A DNA stretch of 63,814 nucleotides, filler included, from Vannella sp. (Eukaryota): the NCBI GenBank assembly GCA_023345925.1. It is 8 parts of 8 records of this genome, joined end to end, with 100 filler letters (N's around TTAATTAATTAA, not from the genome) between each part and the next. Parts side by side here need not be neighbours in the genome. Positions count along the whole stretch, not along the records: positions 30,665 to 39,467 come from JAJQQN010000907.1; positions 39,568 to 50,212 come from JAJQQN010001068.1; 6 more parts are not named here. One strand, 5' to 3'. A model generated the notes under the pieces. The model saw only the letters and a list, made by a program, of their open reading frames with translations, had not been told where the DNA came from and did not search any database. Below, in pieces: positions 32,295 to 45,434 of this stretch (position 1 is its first letter; every line of letters starts with the position of its first letter). The position numbers and the translations under genes were made by a program.

Positions 32295-34548
32295 ATGAGC
32301 AGGAAGCAGGTGATTATAGTCATCGACTCTGATGAGGATGAGGACGCTACCCAATTGCTTGAGACCCCTCAGGCTGCTTCACCTAGGAAGGGAGTCTCTC
32401 GAAAGCGCTCTCGGGCAGAACTCGACGGGTTTAGCCCTTCTCCGCCATTGCAGAAGCAGGTCCGAACTGGACGTTCTGCCTTTATCCTCGATAGTGATAG
32501 TGAAGATGAAGATCTTCCGAAGAAAGCTCCCCCTCGCTCTCTCACCCAGAGTAAACTCTTTCCCTCCCTCTCATCCTCGTTCGTCTCCAGCCCCTCTCCC
32601 ACTCAGAGTGCGTTCCAGTGTCATTTGATACGCCCTTGCTGATCCATTCAACAGAGAATAGCCTTTGGGTTGATCAGTACGCACCCAAGCGGTCAGAGGA
32701 CCTTCCAGTGAACCCAGGTCGGATCAAGACTATCCGAGAGTGGCTGTCTCACTCTTTGCTGCACTTGCCACTGAGAACTCCAGGCACTCAGCGAGTTCTG
32801 ATTCTCACTGGACCAAGTGGTGGGTGCAAGACCACCCTCGTTCAAGTTCTTGCACGAGAATTAAGTGCAGAAATATGTGAATGGGAGGATCCTTCGCTCC
32901 TTCTCTGGAAGGATACTGATAGTAAGATCTTTTCCCAAAGTACAATGTTCTTTATGACAACTTTCTGACCTTTAGTCAAAGACAATAATGTGGGCTCCTA
33001 TACTTCTCGATTAGAGTCTTTTCGTGCGTTTATGTTGCGCTCTGATCGATACAGGCCAATACCCCTTACGACCACAATCATCTCTGAGGATCTTTATTCT
33101 AAGAAGATCATCCTCCTGGAGCAGCTCCCGTATCTTCATGGTAGGTCTTCTGTCATAATAGTATATTGATGGTTTCAACTCACAAGTTTGGACAGATAGA
33201 GAGCAGGAGAGGCAATTCCAGCAAGTGATAACTGATTTTCTCCAGTTTAGCCGCTTCCCAATGGTTTTCATCCTCAGTGATGGGCAATCCGGGTCAACTC
33301 GTCTGAGCAAACTACTTCCCCACGAAATTTTGAGTTCTCCACTCATCAAAGAGATCAAGTGAGTGCCCAAAATTACAATCAGAAGACATGTGTGTTGTCC
33401 TAACTCTTGAGAAGCATCAATCCTGTTGTAGTTAAAAAAATCAAACAAATACTCGAAGGTCTCTGTCAAAAAGAGTCTCTTTCCGTTTCTTCGGAGGTCC
33501 TCAAAGAGATTGTCGATTCATCTCAAGGAGACATCCGAAGTGCGATTAATACCCTTCAATTTCATAGCCGTGTGGAAAGATCATCGATAAGCAACAAAAA
33601 AAGGAAAAAGTCCGCTCCAGAACCGTTCGTACCTCAAGTGCTTTCTGTTATTCCTCTTTCATCTAACTGTCTCGTCCCAGAACAACGTTGGGAGCAAGAG
33701 ACAATGTATTAACTCTCTACCACTCCGTAGGTAAGATATGCCACCACAAGAGAATCTCTCCGAGCTGTTCCTCCATCAACGTGGACGTTTCTGAATATTA
33801 TCGAGACCCACTGGAGTTTGTCCCAGAAGAGGTTTTTCGATCCGCTCAAGTCCTTCCTTGGACTTTTAATGAGTTTGTCCATGAAAACTATCTGGAACTC
33901 TGTACGGACATCCATGAAGTAGCCAAGTCATCAGAGTACTTGAGTGATGCCGACTTCATTGATGGGCAGCTTCATTTTCCCCACAGGAATGACTCGAGAA
34001 TAACCGCCTATATCCAATCTGTTGCTTGTAGAGGGGTAGCTTTCTGCAACACCAGCAAGTCTCACCAATTCAAAAAAATCTATAAGCCAGTGGCACACGA
34101 GGTCTCTTACAAAAGGCGAGAAATGAGCAATTTGGTCGACAAACTCTTTATGAGAGGGGGATCTCCCACCGAACTAAGGACTCAAGGTGTACTTTTATCC
34201 CCCAACCGCACGCTGCACTTGGAAGTCCTTCCACTGCTCCATATTGTCCTCAAAAATCCCAAACAAACCAGTTTGATGTCTCTTTCGCAAGGACAGAAGA
34301 ACGCACTGGGTGCGATGAACTCTTTCTCCTCCACAACCCGTCGCTCCATACTAGATATGAAACAGCAAAGCGGTGGATATGCCAGTGAAGCCACTCTCCT
34401 GAAGAACTTTGTCGAGAAATGCTACTCCCAACACGCGCCCATTTCTCACACTATTCCCGAGCCGGATGCTGATATCAGTCTTCTCCTGCAGATTGGAGGT
34501 GCATTCAATGAAGTGCTCCAGACTGACGATATTGAAGAGGTCGACTAA
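32295..34548 (+). CDS. RAD17: Checkpoint clamp loader Rad17/Rad24 (multi-exon)
   Basis: LWVDQYAP..EDL, LILTGPSGGCKTT, ICEW, SQGDIRSAINTLQF, ARDNVLTLYHSVGKI, FVHENY, YLSDAD, and acidic terminus DDIEEVD. Confidence 0.88.
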
Positions 34549-34602
34549 ATCCTGACTCGTCTGATGTATTACCCTTTGTACATTCGTGGGCACTGTCCCA
34601 AC

Positions 34603-35741
34603 TCATCCCTCCTGCTGGTCCCCTGGTTGGGATTGGAGCTGTTTGAGAATGTTGGATGTAAGAGCACCCACAGCACCGCTGTATCCCACGTTCTCGAAGA
34701 AGACGGCTTGGATGGAGTTACCAGACCAGAAGTCCAAGGCGAAAGAGAGAGTGCGCATGGCCACACGGTTGTTCTCAAGGAAGTTTCCTGCAAAGACAAC
34801 GGTATTGACATGCTCTACGCGAGTGTGTAAGTGGGCCAGGGACCCGATGTTGTTCGTGATCATGATGAGGGCAGCTTTGGCAAGATCAGAGTCAGACACT
34901 TCGTCTGGGGAGCTCGGATTGATCATCTTGCCAAAAGAGGAGGCTACTACTGTTGGTGACAAGCCCAGGCTGTCATAACCACGACCGTAGATGTCACGAA
35001 CAAGCATGTCCACTCGAGTGCTATCGCCAGCCTCCGCAAGCTCGAGAGCCTCTTTGAAGGAAGTTGCTTTGGTGAGGAGCTTTGCTAAGGCTAAGAAGGT
35101 TGATCCACCAAGACTGGAGCCTCCAACACGCGAATACTTCGTCGGACCATCCACACGGAGGATCGAGACGCCCGATCCAATGTTCACCAGCAGGTACGGC
35201 CCCGTAGTCTTCATGAGATCAGTCTGTATCCGACACATCTCCTCGCTGAAGTTTGGCTTCTCCATCACGAAGCATTGGGAGGAAGAGGTTTTGATCAGGA
35301 AGTGGGCGCCTTGTACAAGGCTGTCCATCTCATCCAACTTGACTAATGAGATGTTCAGGATGCTTTTGAACTCGCTTTCAAACTTGTGGGCTCCTCCCCC
35401 TGTGCAGGCCAGGTGAGTCCGTTTGGCTGTGAGGCTCTCTGCTCGGACTAGCTCGAGGAAGGCATTCATTCGACTCGTAAGGAACTTGATAAAGTGCAAG
35501 GTACCTCCTAGCACCGTTGTATGGTACGAAAAGTGCTCATCCCTGATATCGCGTTCAGTTGGACATTACGAAGCGGTTCTCTGGCTCACCTGGTCCCTGA
35601 ATCACCATACTCTCGGCTTGCTGTAATGAAACGATGGATATGATCGGCATCAGCTGGGTCTCTGGGATGATCAGGCGCAAAGTACACCACTTTCGACAGA
35701 GTTCCTCCAATATCCATCCCAAAGGATGCTTCTTCCACCAT
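34603..35741 (-). CDS. PANK: Type II pantothenate kinase
   Basis: GMDIGGTLSKVVYF (first exon), TGGGAHKF, DEMDSLVQG, YLLVNIGSGVSIL, GGSSLGGSTF and VDMLVRDIYG. Confidence 0.95.
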
Positions 35742-35936
35742 CAGCTTAACACATCATCTACCCCCACTAACTCCCATACTCACCAGTATGAGAGAACTTA
35801 TGAATCCCATCTAAAGGGCTCCCTTCCAGAACATTGGAAGAGGACATGGAGGCCAGCTCGTCTCCCCTTCAAAAGCCCTTAAAATTAATTGATTGATAAT
35901 AAGCAGTGAGAAAACCAGAGTCTTTTTATCTTAGCC

Positions 35937-36813
35937 ATGAGCCGAGGCTTTGGAGGACGCGGTGGCGGAGGTGGACGAGGATTCGGTGGTGGACGTGGAG
36001 GTGGACGAGGGGGTGGTCGGGGAGGTTTTAGCCGACCCCAAGGGCCACCAGATTATGTCCAAGGTGAGTGGGGGGAGAGGAATGGCTCCTTGGAACTCGA
36101 GTTGACTGATGCGCAGCGATTGGTAACTTTGTCCACCCTTGCAAGGAGACAGCGATCATCAAACTCGCATCTGCTGATCAGATTCCCATGTTCAACGCCT
36201 CCATCTACCTGGAGAACAAACAACAAATTGGACGAGTGGACGAAGTCTTCGGCCCGATCAACCAAGTCGTATCCTCCTCCTCTCTCCCTTCCCTTCCCTC
36301 TCTCATTTTCCTCTATTTTTCCTTCACCAGCTTCTTCTCTCTCGTCTAGTACATCTCAGTCAAGCTTGATGAAGGATTTGTTGCCACTTCGTACAAGGAA
36401 GGAGACGTCTTCCACATTGCTCCCTTCAGTCTGATGCCTGCTGAGCGCTTCACAGCGCCCCCTGCTCCCAAGTACGTGTTTCTCTGTTTCTCCAGGTTCC
36501 TTGTTCTCAAACGTGAGTGATCAGGGGTCCCAAGAAGCCCGCTGCAGGTGGTCGTGGAGGCCGAGGAGGTGCTCGAGGATTCAGTGGCGGTCGCGGTGGC
36601 GGCCGAGGATTCGGTGGTGATCGCGGTGGCGGCCGAGGGTTCGGCGGTGGACGCGGAGGCGGTCGAGGATTCGGTGGTGATCGCGGTGGCGGTCGAGGTG
36701 GCGGTCGAGGATTCGGCGGTGATCGCGGTGGCGGCCGTGGATTTGGTGGCGGGCGAGGATTCGGTGGTGATCGCGGCGGAGGCCGTGGATTCGGCGGACG
36801 AGGTGGTTACTAG
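35937..36813 (+). CDS. GAR1: H/ACA ribonucleoprotein subunit Gar1 (multi-exon)
   Basis: N- and C-terminal RGG tracts flank a spliced core QGPPDYV...IPMFNASIYLENKQQIGRVDEVFGPIN. Confidence 0.93.
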
Positions 36814-36890
36814 AGTAGAGGACCCACCCAATGCACAAGATAAAAGCTTTCAAGTACAGCACTCGCAACTGCAACGCTCTTTAGAGACCA

Positions 36891-37616
36891 TCACAAAAGG
36901 AGGTTCTTGGGCACTTGCTTCTTCTTTCCCGTTGACGTGGCTGCTTTGGTGATAGCTACCGACCTGACTGATGATGGAGGAGGAGCCTTGATGGCCTTCT
37001 TGATGGTCTTCTCCCTCTCAGGACCGTTGGCCCTCGGATTCGTTTGGGGTCGCGATCCTCTTCCTCGGCCGCGGAGACCTCTTGAGCTTGGCCGTACACT
37101 GAAGGCTTCTCTCCCTTCTATAACACTTCTTACTCTTCGAGAGGATGTTGGGAGAGGACGAGCACGAGAAGGGAGGGTCGGCCAGTAGCGTGAACGATGA
37201 GGCAAAGGATCCTGAGGCACAATCACCGTTCCAATGAGTTTCTGGCCTTCCGCAACTACCAGGGGATCTATTGTTGAGGTAATGGACCAGGGAGCTATCG
37301 GGGCCACGAGAACTCCAACGAGATCCTCGGGAGAGAAGTGGTAGACGATCTCCTTTAGGATACGCTTCGCTGTGTGCCGTTTAGGCTCTCCAAGAGAAGT
37401 CACTTTCGCTGCACTAGAGCTAAACAACAGTATGCCACCGGAAGGCAAAGCTACGCGGTCTGGAACCTTCTCAGGACCACTCGTGAAGTCGAAGGCGTCC
37501 TCCATGACCTCCACCAAGCGGTAGTCCGCCTCTTTGCTATGCTCTTCTGTCCCAACACACTCTGAGCGCTCGTGTCGCTCTACAGTGCGCTCCAGGTCCC
37601 CAAGAGCAACCTTCAT
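36891..37616 (-). CDS. Hypothetical protein with basic C-terminus
   Basis: ~240-aa open frame filling the space between GAR1 and COG4; no recognised motif. Confidence 0.45.
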   Translation of the reverse strand: MKVALGDLERTVERHERSECVGTEEHSKEADYRLVEVMEDAFDFTSGPEKVPDRVALPSGGILLFSSSAAKVTSLGEPKRHTAKRILKEIVYHFSPEDLVGVLVAPIAPWSITSTIDPLVVAEGQKLIGTVIVPQDPLPHRSRYWPTLPSRARPLPTSSRRVRSVIEGREAFSVRPSSRGLRGRGRGSRPQTNPRANGPEREKTIKKAIKAPPPSSVRSVAITKAATSTGKKKQVPKNLLL

Positions 37617-37642
37617 AAGGTCGAAATAATGAACAGTTTGTG

Positions 37643-39467
37643 ATGGCCTCGTTGCCACGTGGTGCCCGGGAGGACTCTTCTGCTTTAGCCTTTGCCACTC
37701 CTCGGTTTACGTAAGTTGTAGCATCGATGGGGCTTGCAGGGGCGTAGGGCTGACGGAGGGACGGTTTGTGCGACAGGAACATCACTTTGGCGGGTGTTCA
37801 GCAGCTCACGAATGTGGTGGACATCGAAAGGATACTGCAGGAGACGATACTACAAGAGAAGCAACTGGAGAGTGAGCTACAGCAGCATATGACAGAGCAC
37901 CACGCCGCTCTAGAGAGGAAGCTTGAGATCCTTGAAGTTCTCCCCGCCAAGCTTCGTCCCGTCTTCCATCAAGTACGAGAACTCAGCGAAACGATCGGTT
38001 CTACCTGTCAGCTTGCTGAGAAGGTCTCAAGCCAAGTAAAGGCTCTCGATCGAAGCAGACTTCGACTCCAGGAAGCTCAACAAAGAGTCGAGGATACCTT
38101 GCAGGTGCAGAGCTGCATCTCCGGTATCGACAGGTCAATGGAACAGCAGTCTTGGGAGGAAGCTTGTAAGCTCTTCCAGACCTACTTGGCCATCACCACG
38201 CAAAAGTTGTCGGGGGATGCGCCTCGCGTCCATGTTCTAGAGTCCAGTGCCCAGCAGAGGCTTGAAACACAGCTTTCAAACTTGCAAGACACCATAAGGA
38301 AGAAGTTGGATGCTACAAATAGCCAACAGGAGGTTCAACGCTACTGCAATCTCCTCACTTCGTTGGGTCTTCCCTTGGAAGGAGCCCAGCGCTACGTTAA
38401 GCACGTGAGACAGCTGCTGAAAGAGGAAGGAGACTCTCTCTACCTGACACTGCGCCAATCACTCGGCGGGAAGCTCGCAGAAGACAAGCAAATCACATGC
38501 ATTGACGCATTGACGTCCCTCTTCGAGACCGTAGCCAACTATGCTCAGATGCAGATCCCGCTGGTTACCTCCGGATTTGGCAAAGAGTACGTTCTTCTCC
38601 TCTTGAAGGAGCTCCAGCAACAGTGTGACGTGCACGCCCCCAAAATGATCGACCGTTTCCGTGAGCAGTTCTCTTTAGTCGCTGCTCTTCAAGAGATACA
38701 AGCCTACCAGCAGCTTAGTACGAGGAACGTGAAGGCCCAGGGAGCAAAGAGGCCTGCTTTTGATCACATCGAAGAGATCCTCGATGGAATGGCCGCTTTG
38801 AGCCAGCGGGCGGAGCTTTATCGACGCTTTCTTCTCTCCAAAGTGGAACAGGCTAGTCCAGAAGGCTCTAGATTGGGTGAAAGTGTACTAGATCGCTCCA
38901 TGCATGAGCTACTGGACCAGTACGTTGTCATGGAGCGCTACTTTATGGATGAAAGCATTGAGAAGGCGATTATCCTCAACGGGCATCAGCAGTCTCACGC
39001 TGGGACCAACCTTGTCGATCATACCTTCTTCCTAGTTCGCCGTTGTCTGAACCGTTCCCTTTACACGTACAACCCACACGCGGTTAGCGTTGTGTGCAAC
39101 TACATCAGTGAGTGTCTTGAGCAGAAACTTCGCAGTGAGCTGCTTGATCTGCTCCAGAATAGAGGCGGCGGACAAGAGACTTCTCAGACTCTGATGAACT
39201 TTGTTGTAAGTCACTTCCTCTGAAGTTGTCTTTGTCCTGGCTGACGTTGCAATGAATGGAATAGTCTGCCCTGAATGACTTACAACAAAGCACGGAAAAC
39301 ATGAAATTACTCCGAATCGAAGCGGAAAGGGAAGCGGTTCGCATCTTCACACAAGAAATGAGTCGCCAACAAGTCCTGATGCGTTTGGAAGAGTTTGACG
39401 AGAATTCTCGAGATTTCAAGGCCCTTTTGGATGTAAGCCATGTCTTCCCCATGCTCCTAAGTCCCTA
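37643..39467 (+). CDS. COG4: Conserved oligomeric Golgi complex subunit 4, 3' truncated; start inferred
   Basis: LAEKVSSQVKALDRSRLRL..VEDTLQVQSCISGI..WEEA, LQQQCD, YVVMERYFMDESIEKAI and LVDHTFFLVRRCLNR. Confidence 0.85.
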
Positions 39468-39567
39468 NNNNNNNNNNNNNNNNNNNNNNNNNNNNNNNNN
39501 NNNNNNNNNNNTTAATTAATTAANNNNNNNNNNNNNNNNNNNNNNNNNNNNNNNNNNNNNNNNNNNN
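39468..39567. other. Artificial contig linker
   Basis: N44-TTAATTAATTAA-N44. Confidence 0.99.
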
Positions 39568-39603
39568 GACGCCCGACCAATGATGGCACCTTGAAGCAGT
39601 TTA

Positions 39604-41183
39604 TCAAGTCCACGGATAGAAGTTAGTGTGAAGGAGGCAGCCAATCACCAAGAACGCAAGAAAGAAGACCAACACGCCAAAGGATACGAGAAATTGAGGC
39701 TGCCCCAGCCAGATTCGCGGGCCAATGTTGGAGAGGAAGACCGCCGATGCGAACCAGTAGAAAGGCGGTGTCGCAGACATAAAGCGGGTCACTACTTGAA
39801 TGTGCAGTACGCTCAAGGCAATGCAGGTGAGGAAGAACCAATGCACAACAAAGGGAGCTGCATCTGAAACCACATATCTCAGTCCCACTGGATCTCGCTC
39901 GCGGCGTAGTAGGGACCAAACAAATACAAAGATGCCTGAGATACTTATGAGCAATGTAGGAGCTGCAATGGCGAAGTTGGGAAGCTGGTGAAGCTGATAA
40001 TAGCGGAAGAGGCCAACATTCCAATACCGGTCCTGCACGTATTGGTAGACGTTTGGCCACTTGTCAGCACACCACGGGCTGAGAGAAACATTGGGGTTAT
40101 CTAAACAGAAAGAGACAAAGGCGAAGTACTGGTATCCCAACAACGGGGCCGACATTAAACCCCCATTTGCTGCGATAACGAAGAACACCGCCAGAACTCG
40201 CTGGTGCCAACATTAGAAATGACTTCCAATCCACGGTTCTGTGCTTACTGAGAAAGGAATGGCCACTTTGCCGCTGAGAATGTCCTTCCATGGGAACCGG
40301 GCGAGGAAATACCAGGCGAAAAACAGCCCGTAGCTGAGCCCGGTAGAGCGGATGATGACTGTAAAAGACAAAATGATCCCACTCTTCAATAACCCAATGC
40401 TCTCCTCCCAAAGAGTCAGCCGCTGCCGCTTCGAATACACTTCGAGTAAAACTCGCATTCCCCAAAAGCTGAAGAAAGCGTACAATGCCTCCGAATAGCT
40501 GACAAGGAATGAGTCCAAGTGAAAGGATACACCGAATGGTCAACCTACATCGCACAGAAGAAGACCGTTGCAGGTGATATGGCGAACAACATAGTTGCTG
40601 TGAATGCTGTCTGGAAGCTGCTTTCGTCCGGCTGGTGACGGTAGACAATACGCGTCAGTTTGAACAGCTCTTTTGCAGAAAGGAGGGAGGCAGCTTGATT
40701 GATGAGAGCGCCGAGAAGCAAGATTCCCCCACGTTCGCTCAATAATGAGCCGCTTGGCCATTGTAACAGTCCCTCCAGAGCCCCACTGGCGAGTTCTATC
40801 TCACTTGTCAATAGAAGCTCTTCTATGGTACCTTAGAGCAAGCCCCCCGCACCTAAGAGGCTCTTGAATAGGTAGATTGCAATCGGTAGGCCAGGGAAGA
40901 AGGCGTGCATGTGCTCAAACCCATAAGATAGGTGCCGGCTTATGTCTGCAAAGTATACAGCATCCCAATGCGCCAGGGGGCGGAGTGTTCCCACCAAAAA
41001 GCGGTCCAAAAGGGACGTTTCGCCCTCCGCCCACTCACCAGTTCGTTCGATCAAGCCCGTAGAGGTGTCGTAGTCCGGTACTATCCAATCTCCTATCATA
41101 ATGAACAGAATGACAGCCACCCGAACCCCCAGCACTCGCCACATCAGCAGATGGATGGCTCGACCATCCCGCGTGGCTCCCAT
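39604..41183 (-). CDS. PIGV: GPI mannosyltransferase 2 (PIG-V/Gpi18), multi-exon
   Basis: PDYDTST, HWDAVYF..YGFEHMHAFFPGLP, YSEALYA, YQYVQDRYWNVGLFRYYQLHQLPNF, HIQVVTRF and NFYPWT. Confidence 0.93.
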
Positions 41184-41211
41184 TGCCCAAGGCAGCCAGG
41201 AAATGAGCCAT

Positions 41212-43670
41212 TTATCGCTTCTTCAGAGGTGCACTGGTTCCACCTGACGTTGTATGTAAGAGAAAAGCGAGTTCTCGAGCTACAGAATGATGCCCGCTGA
41301 AGCGGCCGCCGTCCCCGCCATGTCCGGTGCTTTCTGAGATGGAACAGAGCGCTGTACGGTCCTTTCCTAGTACTACATAGTGAGAGAGATGCCCTTGGTA
41401 TGTCAATGTCGTACGTTGGTTGCTTCCATTGCGGTAACGGGCCATGTACTTGAGCGGACCCCAGTAAGGCACTTGGTAGTCCAATGTGGACGTTGTGACT
41501 GCGCCAGTTAACCAGTGAAGCTCTACTAGAGACTGCTACATACCATAGACAGAGGGGAACTCACTCAGGTCCCAGGGAAGGTTCAAATAAGGGTCATAAG
41601 AGCGAAGATTGTCGAAAACACTCTTCTCAAGAGAAGGGTTTCCCCATTCGGGATACTCACAGATCGTGAGAGGAAGGCTTTCGTCCAACATGGAGCCCAA
41701 GCAGTCGACAAAAGGAACTTTCATCACAACGCTGCGGAACAGTTTTGGATCTTGATTCGCCGCCGCCCCCAGAATGATTCCCCCCGCGCTACTGGCACTG
41801 GCGCATATCTTTCCGGGATGAACATAGTCTTGGTTCCTTAAGAACCGTGCACAATGGAGAAAGTCAGTTATTGAGTTCCACTGAGCCCACCCAAAAGTGA
41901 CATTAGATTAGACCTCCGGTCAACGCACGTTTGATATTCGCACCTTGTTTTCGCCAAATCCAGCTTGATGCCACATCGGACCTCTTTCACCGCCTCCCCG
42001 GACATGGGCAGTTGCTACAGTCCAACCGTGGTCCCACAGGGTGCGATACTTAGCTCGGAAGTGAGGTTCAATGTTGTGTCCATAGGCACCGTACACATTG
42101 ATGAGGATGGGGTATTGAGAGCCTCTTTGAGGAGTCCGCAAAGCGCGAGTCAGAGTCACAGGAACCTCCACAGACTTTCCAAATGGATTTGAATGGATTG
42201 TTCCCGTAACGAATGTGTCTGCTAACACATGAACTCTCTCACAGACGTAGTCCTCGGGCGAATAGCCAGCAATCAAGGTTTCCCTACGGAGGTCCAACGT
42301 TTTCTTGTCCAAGTCAAAGTCATAAACCATGGGAGGGTGGATTGGAGAAGAGAAAGAGAACCTCAATAGCTTGCTTTGAAAGTCTACATTCGCACCTGGC
42401 TCCACATGGCCCTGTATCACGTGTCAGCCTGCAAAATAGTCATTCAAGTCACCCACATAGTCTGAGGGAAGAGGCACGCGATACGGCTCCTTCTCTAGAG
42501 AGGCCCTCTCATAAACAAGCATCATATGCCTCCCACTATCTTGTAAGTAAGTGACAATGTGGTCCTGGAAGATATCCACGTCGAGAATCGTCGCATTGGT
42601 TTGGCAAGAAACCATTTCTCGCCAAGGCACGCAAGCAGGCACTCCAGCACCCGTAGGTGCACGCAAATGAGAAAGCATGTGGTCAGAGGAAGCAACAAGA
42701 AGCTTGAAGTTGTGAGCGCCGTCCTTGTTAGTCACACAGAAGAATTGTCCTTCCGCGTGGTCCAGGAAATACTTGACTCCAGCACTTCTCTGCTGTACCA
42801 GGAGTGGTGGGGAGGTTGGGTTGCGGGCATCGATCAACCGGACCTCGCTAGAGTCCTTGGAGTTGGCGCTGATCATCATCCATCGCTCGTCCTTGGAGAG
42901 GGACACGTCAAGGAAGACTCCATCGTCCTCCTCCTCATAAATGAGGAGATCCTCCTTCTCATTGGTTCCAATACGGTGTAAGAACACTCGACAGGGTCTC
43001 CGAAGCTCGTCCTGTTGCTGTTACCGGTTCAGATCGAAGGAAAGGACCTTAACTCGAGCTGATCTCGTACCGTGTAGAAGAGGAAGCGACTGTCAGCAGA
43101 GAAAGCCATACTATACAATGATTGTATTGTGCTAAGGGGGTGTTGGGAACCCATCGCCCGTACAACACCGCTGTAATGCTCCTCCGCAGTCAAACTCTTC
43201 GCAAAGGCCACGAGTTTCTGGTCAGGGGAGACGATTGGGCTACGCACACTGACGTAGTCTGATCCTTTTCCCTCTCGGTTAACGTTTAGAAAGATCTCTT
43301 CACGGGCAGAAGGACCCGCCTTGCGACAGAAGAGGGGGAAGTTGCCCCCCTTCTCAAACCGGGTGTAGTACAAGAAGCCTTTGGCCTTCTCTGGGACAGA
43401 AGGCTCTCCTTCATCTTTGTGAGAAGCAATCAAACTCCCTTCTACAGCCTTCAATTGCGCTTTCACAGAAGAAAGCGCAAAGAAGCGCTCTGTGTTTTGG
43501 TTCTCTGCCTCAATGTACGCTGCTGTGCTATCCTGGTGCTCATGCAACCAACGAAAGGCATCGCTAACTACTCTCCCGTGTGCTTCGTATGAGGAGGGGA
43601 CCATCAGAGGAGCAGGCGCCGCAGAAGAAGGCGCTCGAAGGTCCCGGAGGAACCGCCCGACCCTTTTCAT
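41212..43670 (-). CDS. Oligopeptidase B / PREPL-like S9A peptidase (multi-exon)
   Basis: DAFRWL..AYIEAEN, YGAYG, AHVRGGGERG, catalytic SAGG, VPFVD, PLTICEYPEWGNP, D.QVPYW and catalytic GHGG. Confidence 0.9.
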
Positions 43671-43727
43671 GAGGCAGAGAGGAAATGCCCAGGTCAGCTC
43701 ATCTAAGGAATGAAGTAGTACTTTGGT

Positions 43728-44382
43728 TTAGAAGGTGTGCTCATCGTTGGCTTCCTGCTCGGCTCTACTGTAAGTCTCTCGGTCGTCATCAACGTCAGTC
43801 TTCTTCTTTCGGGACTTCTTTCGCTGCAGGCGTTTGATTTCATGAGGGTAGAGCCAATGTTCTTCATCAAAGGTCTTGATCTTCCTTTCGCGCTCTTCCT
43901 GTGAGGCAGGGGGCGTCAGCAACCACCAAGAGAAGCCACTCGGCTGATACTCACTCGGTGGTACTTCTGGATAAGCTCAGGCATCTTCTTCATGTTCTCC
44001 TCGATCTTCTTCAAGCGCTCATCTTTCGTTCGCTCCCACTTGTGGCCCTTGAACTGGTCCACCGTGCGATAGGGGCGGCGGCCTTGGTCCATCTTCCAGG
44101 GTCTAGGATCAACCCACTCCACACCAGTCTCTGTAAGAGGAGATTAAGTGATTGTATAGCTTGGTAAACAAGAATCCCCTCACCGCGGCACTCTTTGCGG
44201 ATCAAAGCGATCTTTCGACCGCTCAACTTCGGCTTCCTCCACCGTCCATCAGCGAACTGCGGAAGGACCAGACTTGCATCGACTGAAGGCTTTCTCATCG
44301 TCATACACCCTCGCGTGGGCATCGTTACCATGGGAGATAACATCGAGCCCATCGATCTCGAAGAGCAGAGACCCCGCAACAT
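43728..44382 (-). CDS. Mitochondrial ribosomal protein mL59 (yeast Mrpl25-like), multi-exon
   Basis: Presequence-like start, PQFADGRWRKPKLSGRKIALIRK and FKGHKWERTKDERLKKIEENMKKMPELI. Confidence 0.7.
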
Positions 44383-44734
44383 CGGGAGCCCCAGAAAATG
44401 ATAATGAAAGAGCACAATTGATTCATGGAGACACTCTGGTGTCGTCACTCCTTTCGAATCAGGCGAGTCATCCTTGAAGCAGAAGCCGGAGCGCAACATC
44501 AACAAAAGAGTTGACTAGTCCTATGTGAGTTCCACACTGATACTCACGCTTGGCTGAGGTTCCTCGTGCTCATGTCCCCTCAGCTCTCGTCAACTTTCTT
44601 TGGACAGAAAGTAGTTCAAGACCTTGCACATGTATAAATGAATTATTTATCTAAGACAGTTTTGTTCTTGGTGGTTTATCGGTTCATGATAGCTCCACCA
44701 AAATTTTCGTTCGGCTCCTTTTTTACTCGTCGCG

Positions 44735-45203
44735 ATGGCAAGAGACTCCGCAAGCGTAGGTTTTCTTCAGGGGGACGCTGTCCAAAAGCTAACTTGAGAT
44801 GTAGCCCTTCACCAAGTTCGTCCAGATCGGCCGAGTTGCCTACATCAACTACGGTCCCGAGACGGGAAAGCTCTGCGTCATCCTCGACGTTCTGGATAAC
44901 AACAGAGCCTGGGTTGATGGACCTTCTGTTACCCGACAGCAGATCAACTTCTGCCGTCTCACTCTCACCAAATTCACCGTGGACATCCTCCGTGGTGCTC
45001 GCCAAAAGAACGTGAAGAAGGCATTCGAGGCGGCTGATATTGCCAACAAGTGGAAGGAGACTGCCTGGTCCAAGCGCCTCGAACAGCAGAAGGAGCGTGC
45101 TAACTTGACCGACTTCGAGCGATTCCAGGTCATGATTACCCGCAAGAAGCAGGCTTCCCTTGCCAAGAAGAACCTCAAGGCCTTGAAGGCCAGCTCCAAG
45201 TAA
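44735..45203 (+). CDS. RPL14: 60S ribosomal protein eL14
   Basis: After intron 44756-44804: PFTKFVQIGRVAYINYGPETGKLCVILDVLDNNRAWVDGP...LTDFERFQVM. Confidence 0.95.
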
Positions 45204-45434
45204 AGCGGCAATACATAAAGCCATTCCTACTGATCTGCACTTATCTACGGCAATCAATCTCCCTTCACACTCAGTGTTGGGTAGTCTTATTGAGGAAGGA
45301 CGAGCCAGAGTCGGGCAGTCCTTTCGATAAATGGGAAACTATTAAAAGGCCTGCTTATTTGTTTGGAAGATAAGTTGGAATAGAACAAAATTTACAAACG
45401 GAGGTTGTGTCAGGTTTCTCTTGGCGTCGCGGAG

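Noticed and set aside
36545..36810. GC-rich tandem repeats resembling an array
   Set aside because: They encode the RGG/FGGDRGG tail of Gar1 and have no unique spacers, so this is not CRISPR.
44735..44804. Possible GC-AG intron directly after the RPL14 ATG
   Set aside because: An in-frame canonical GTAGGT donor at 44756 explains the junction equally well.
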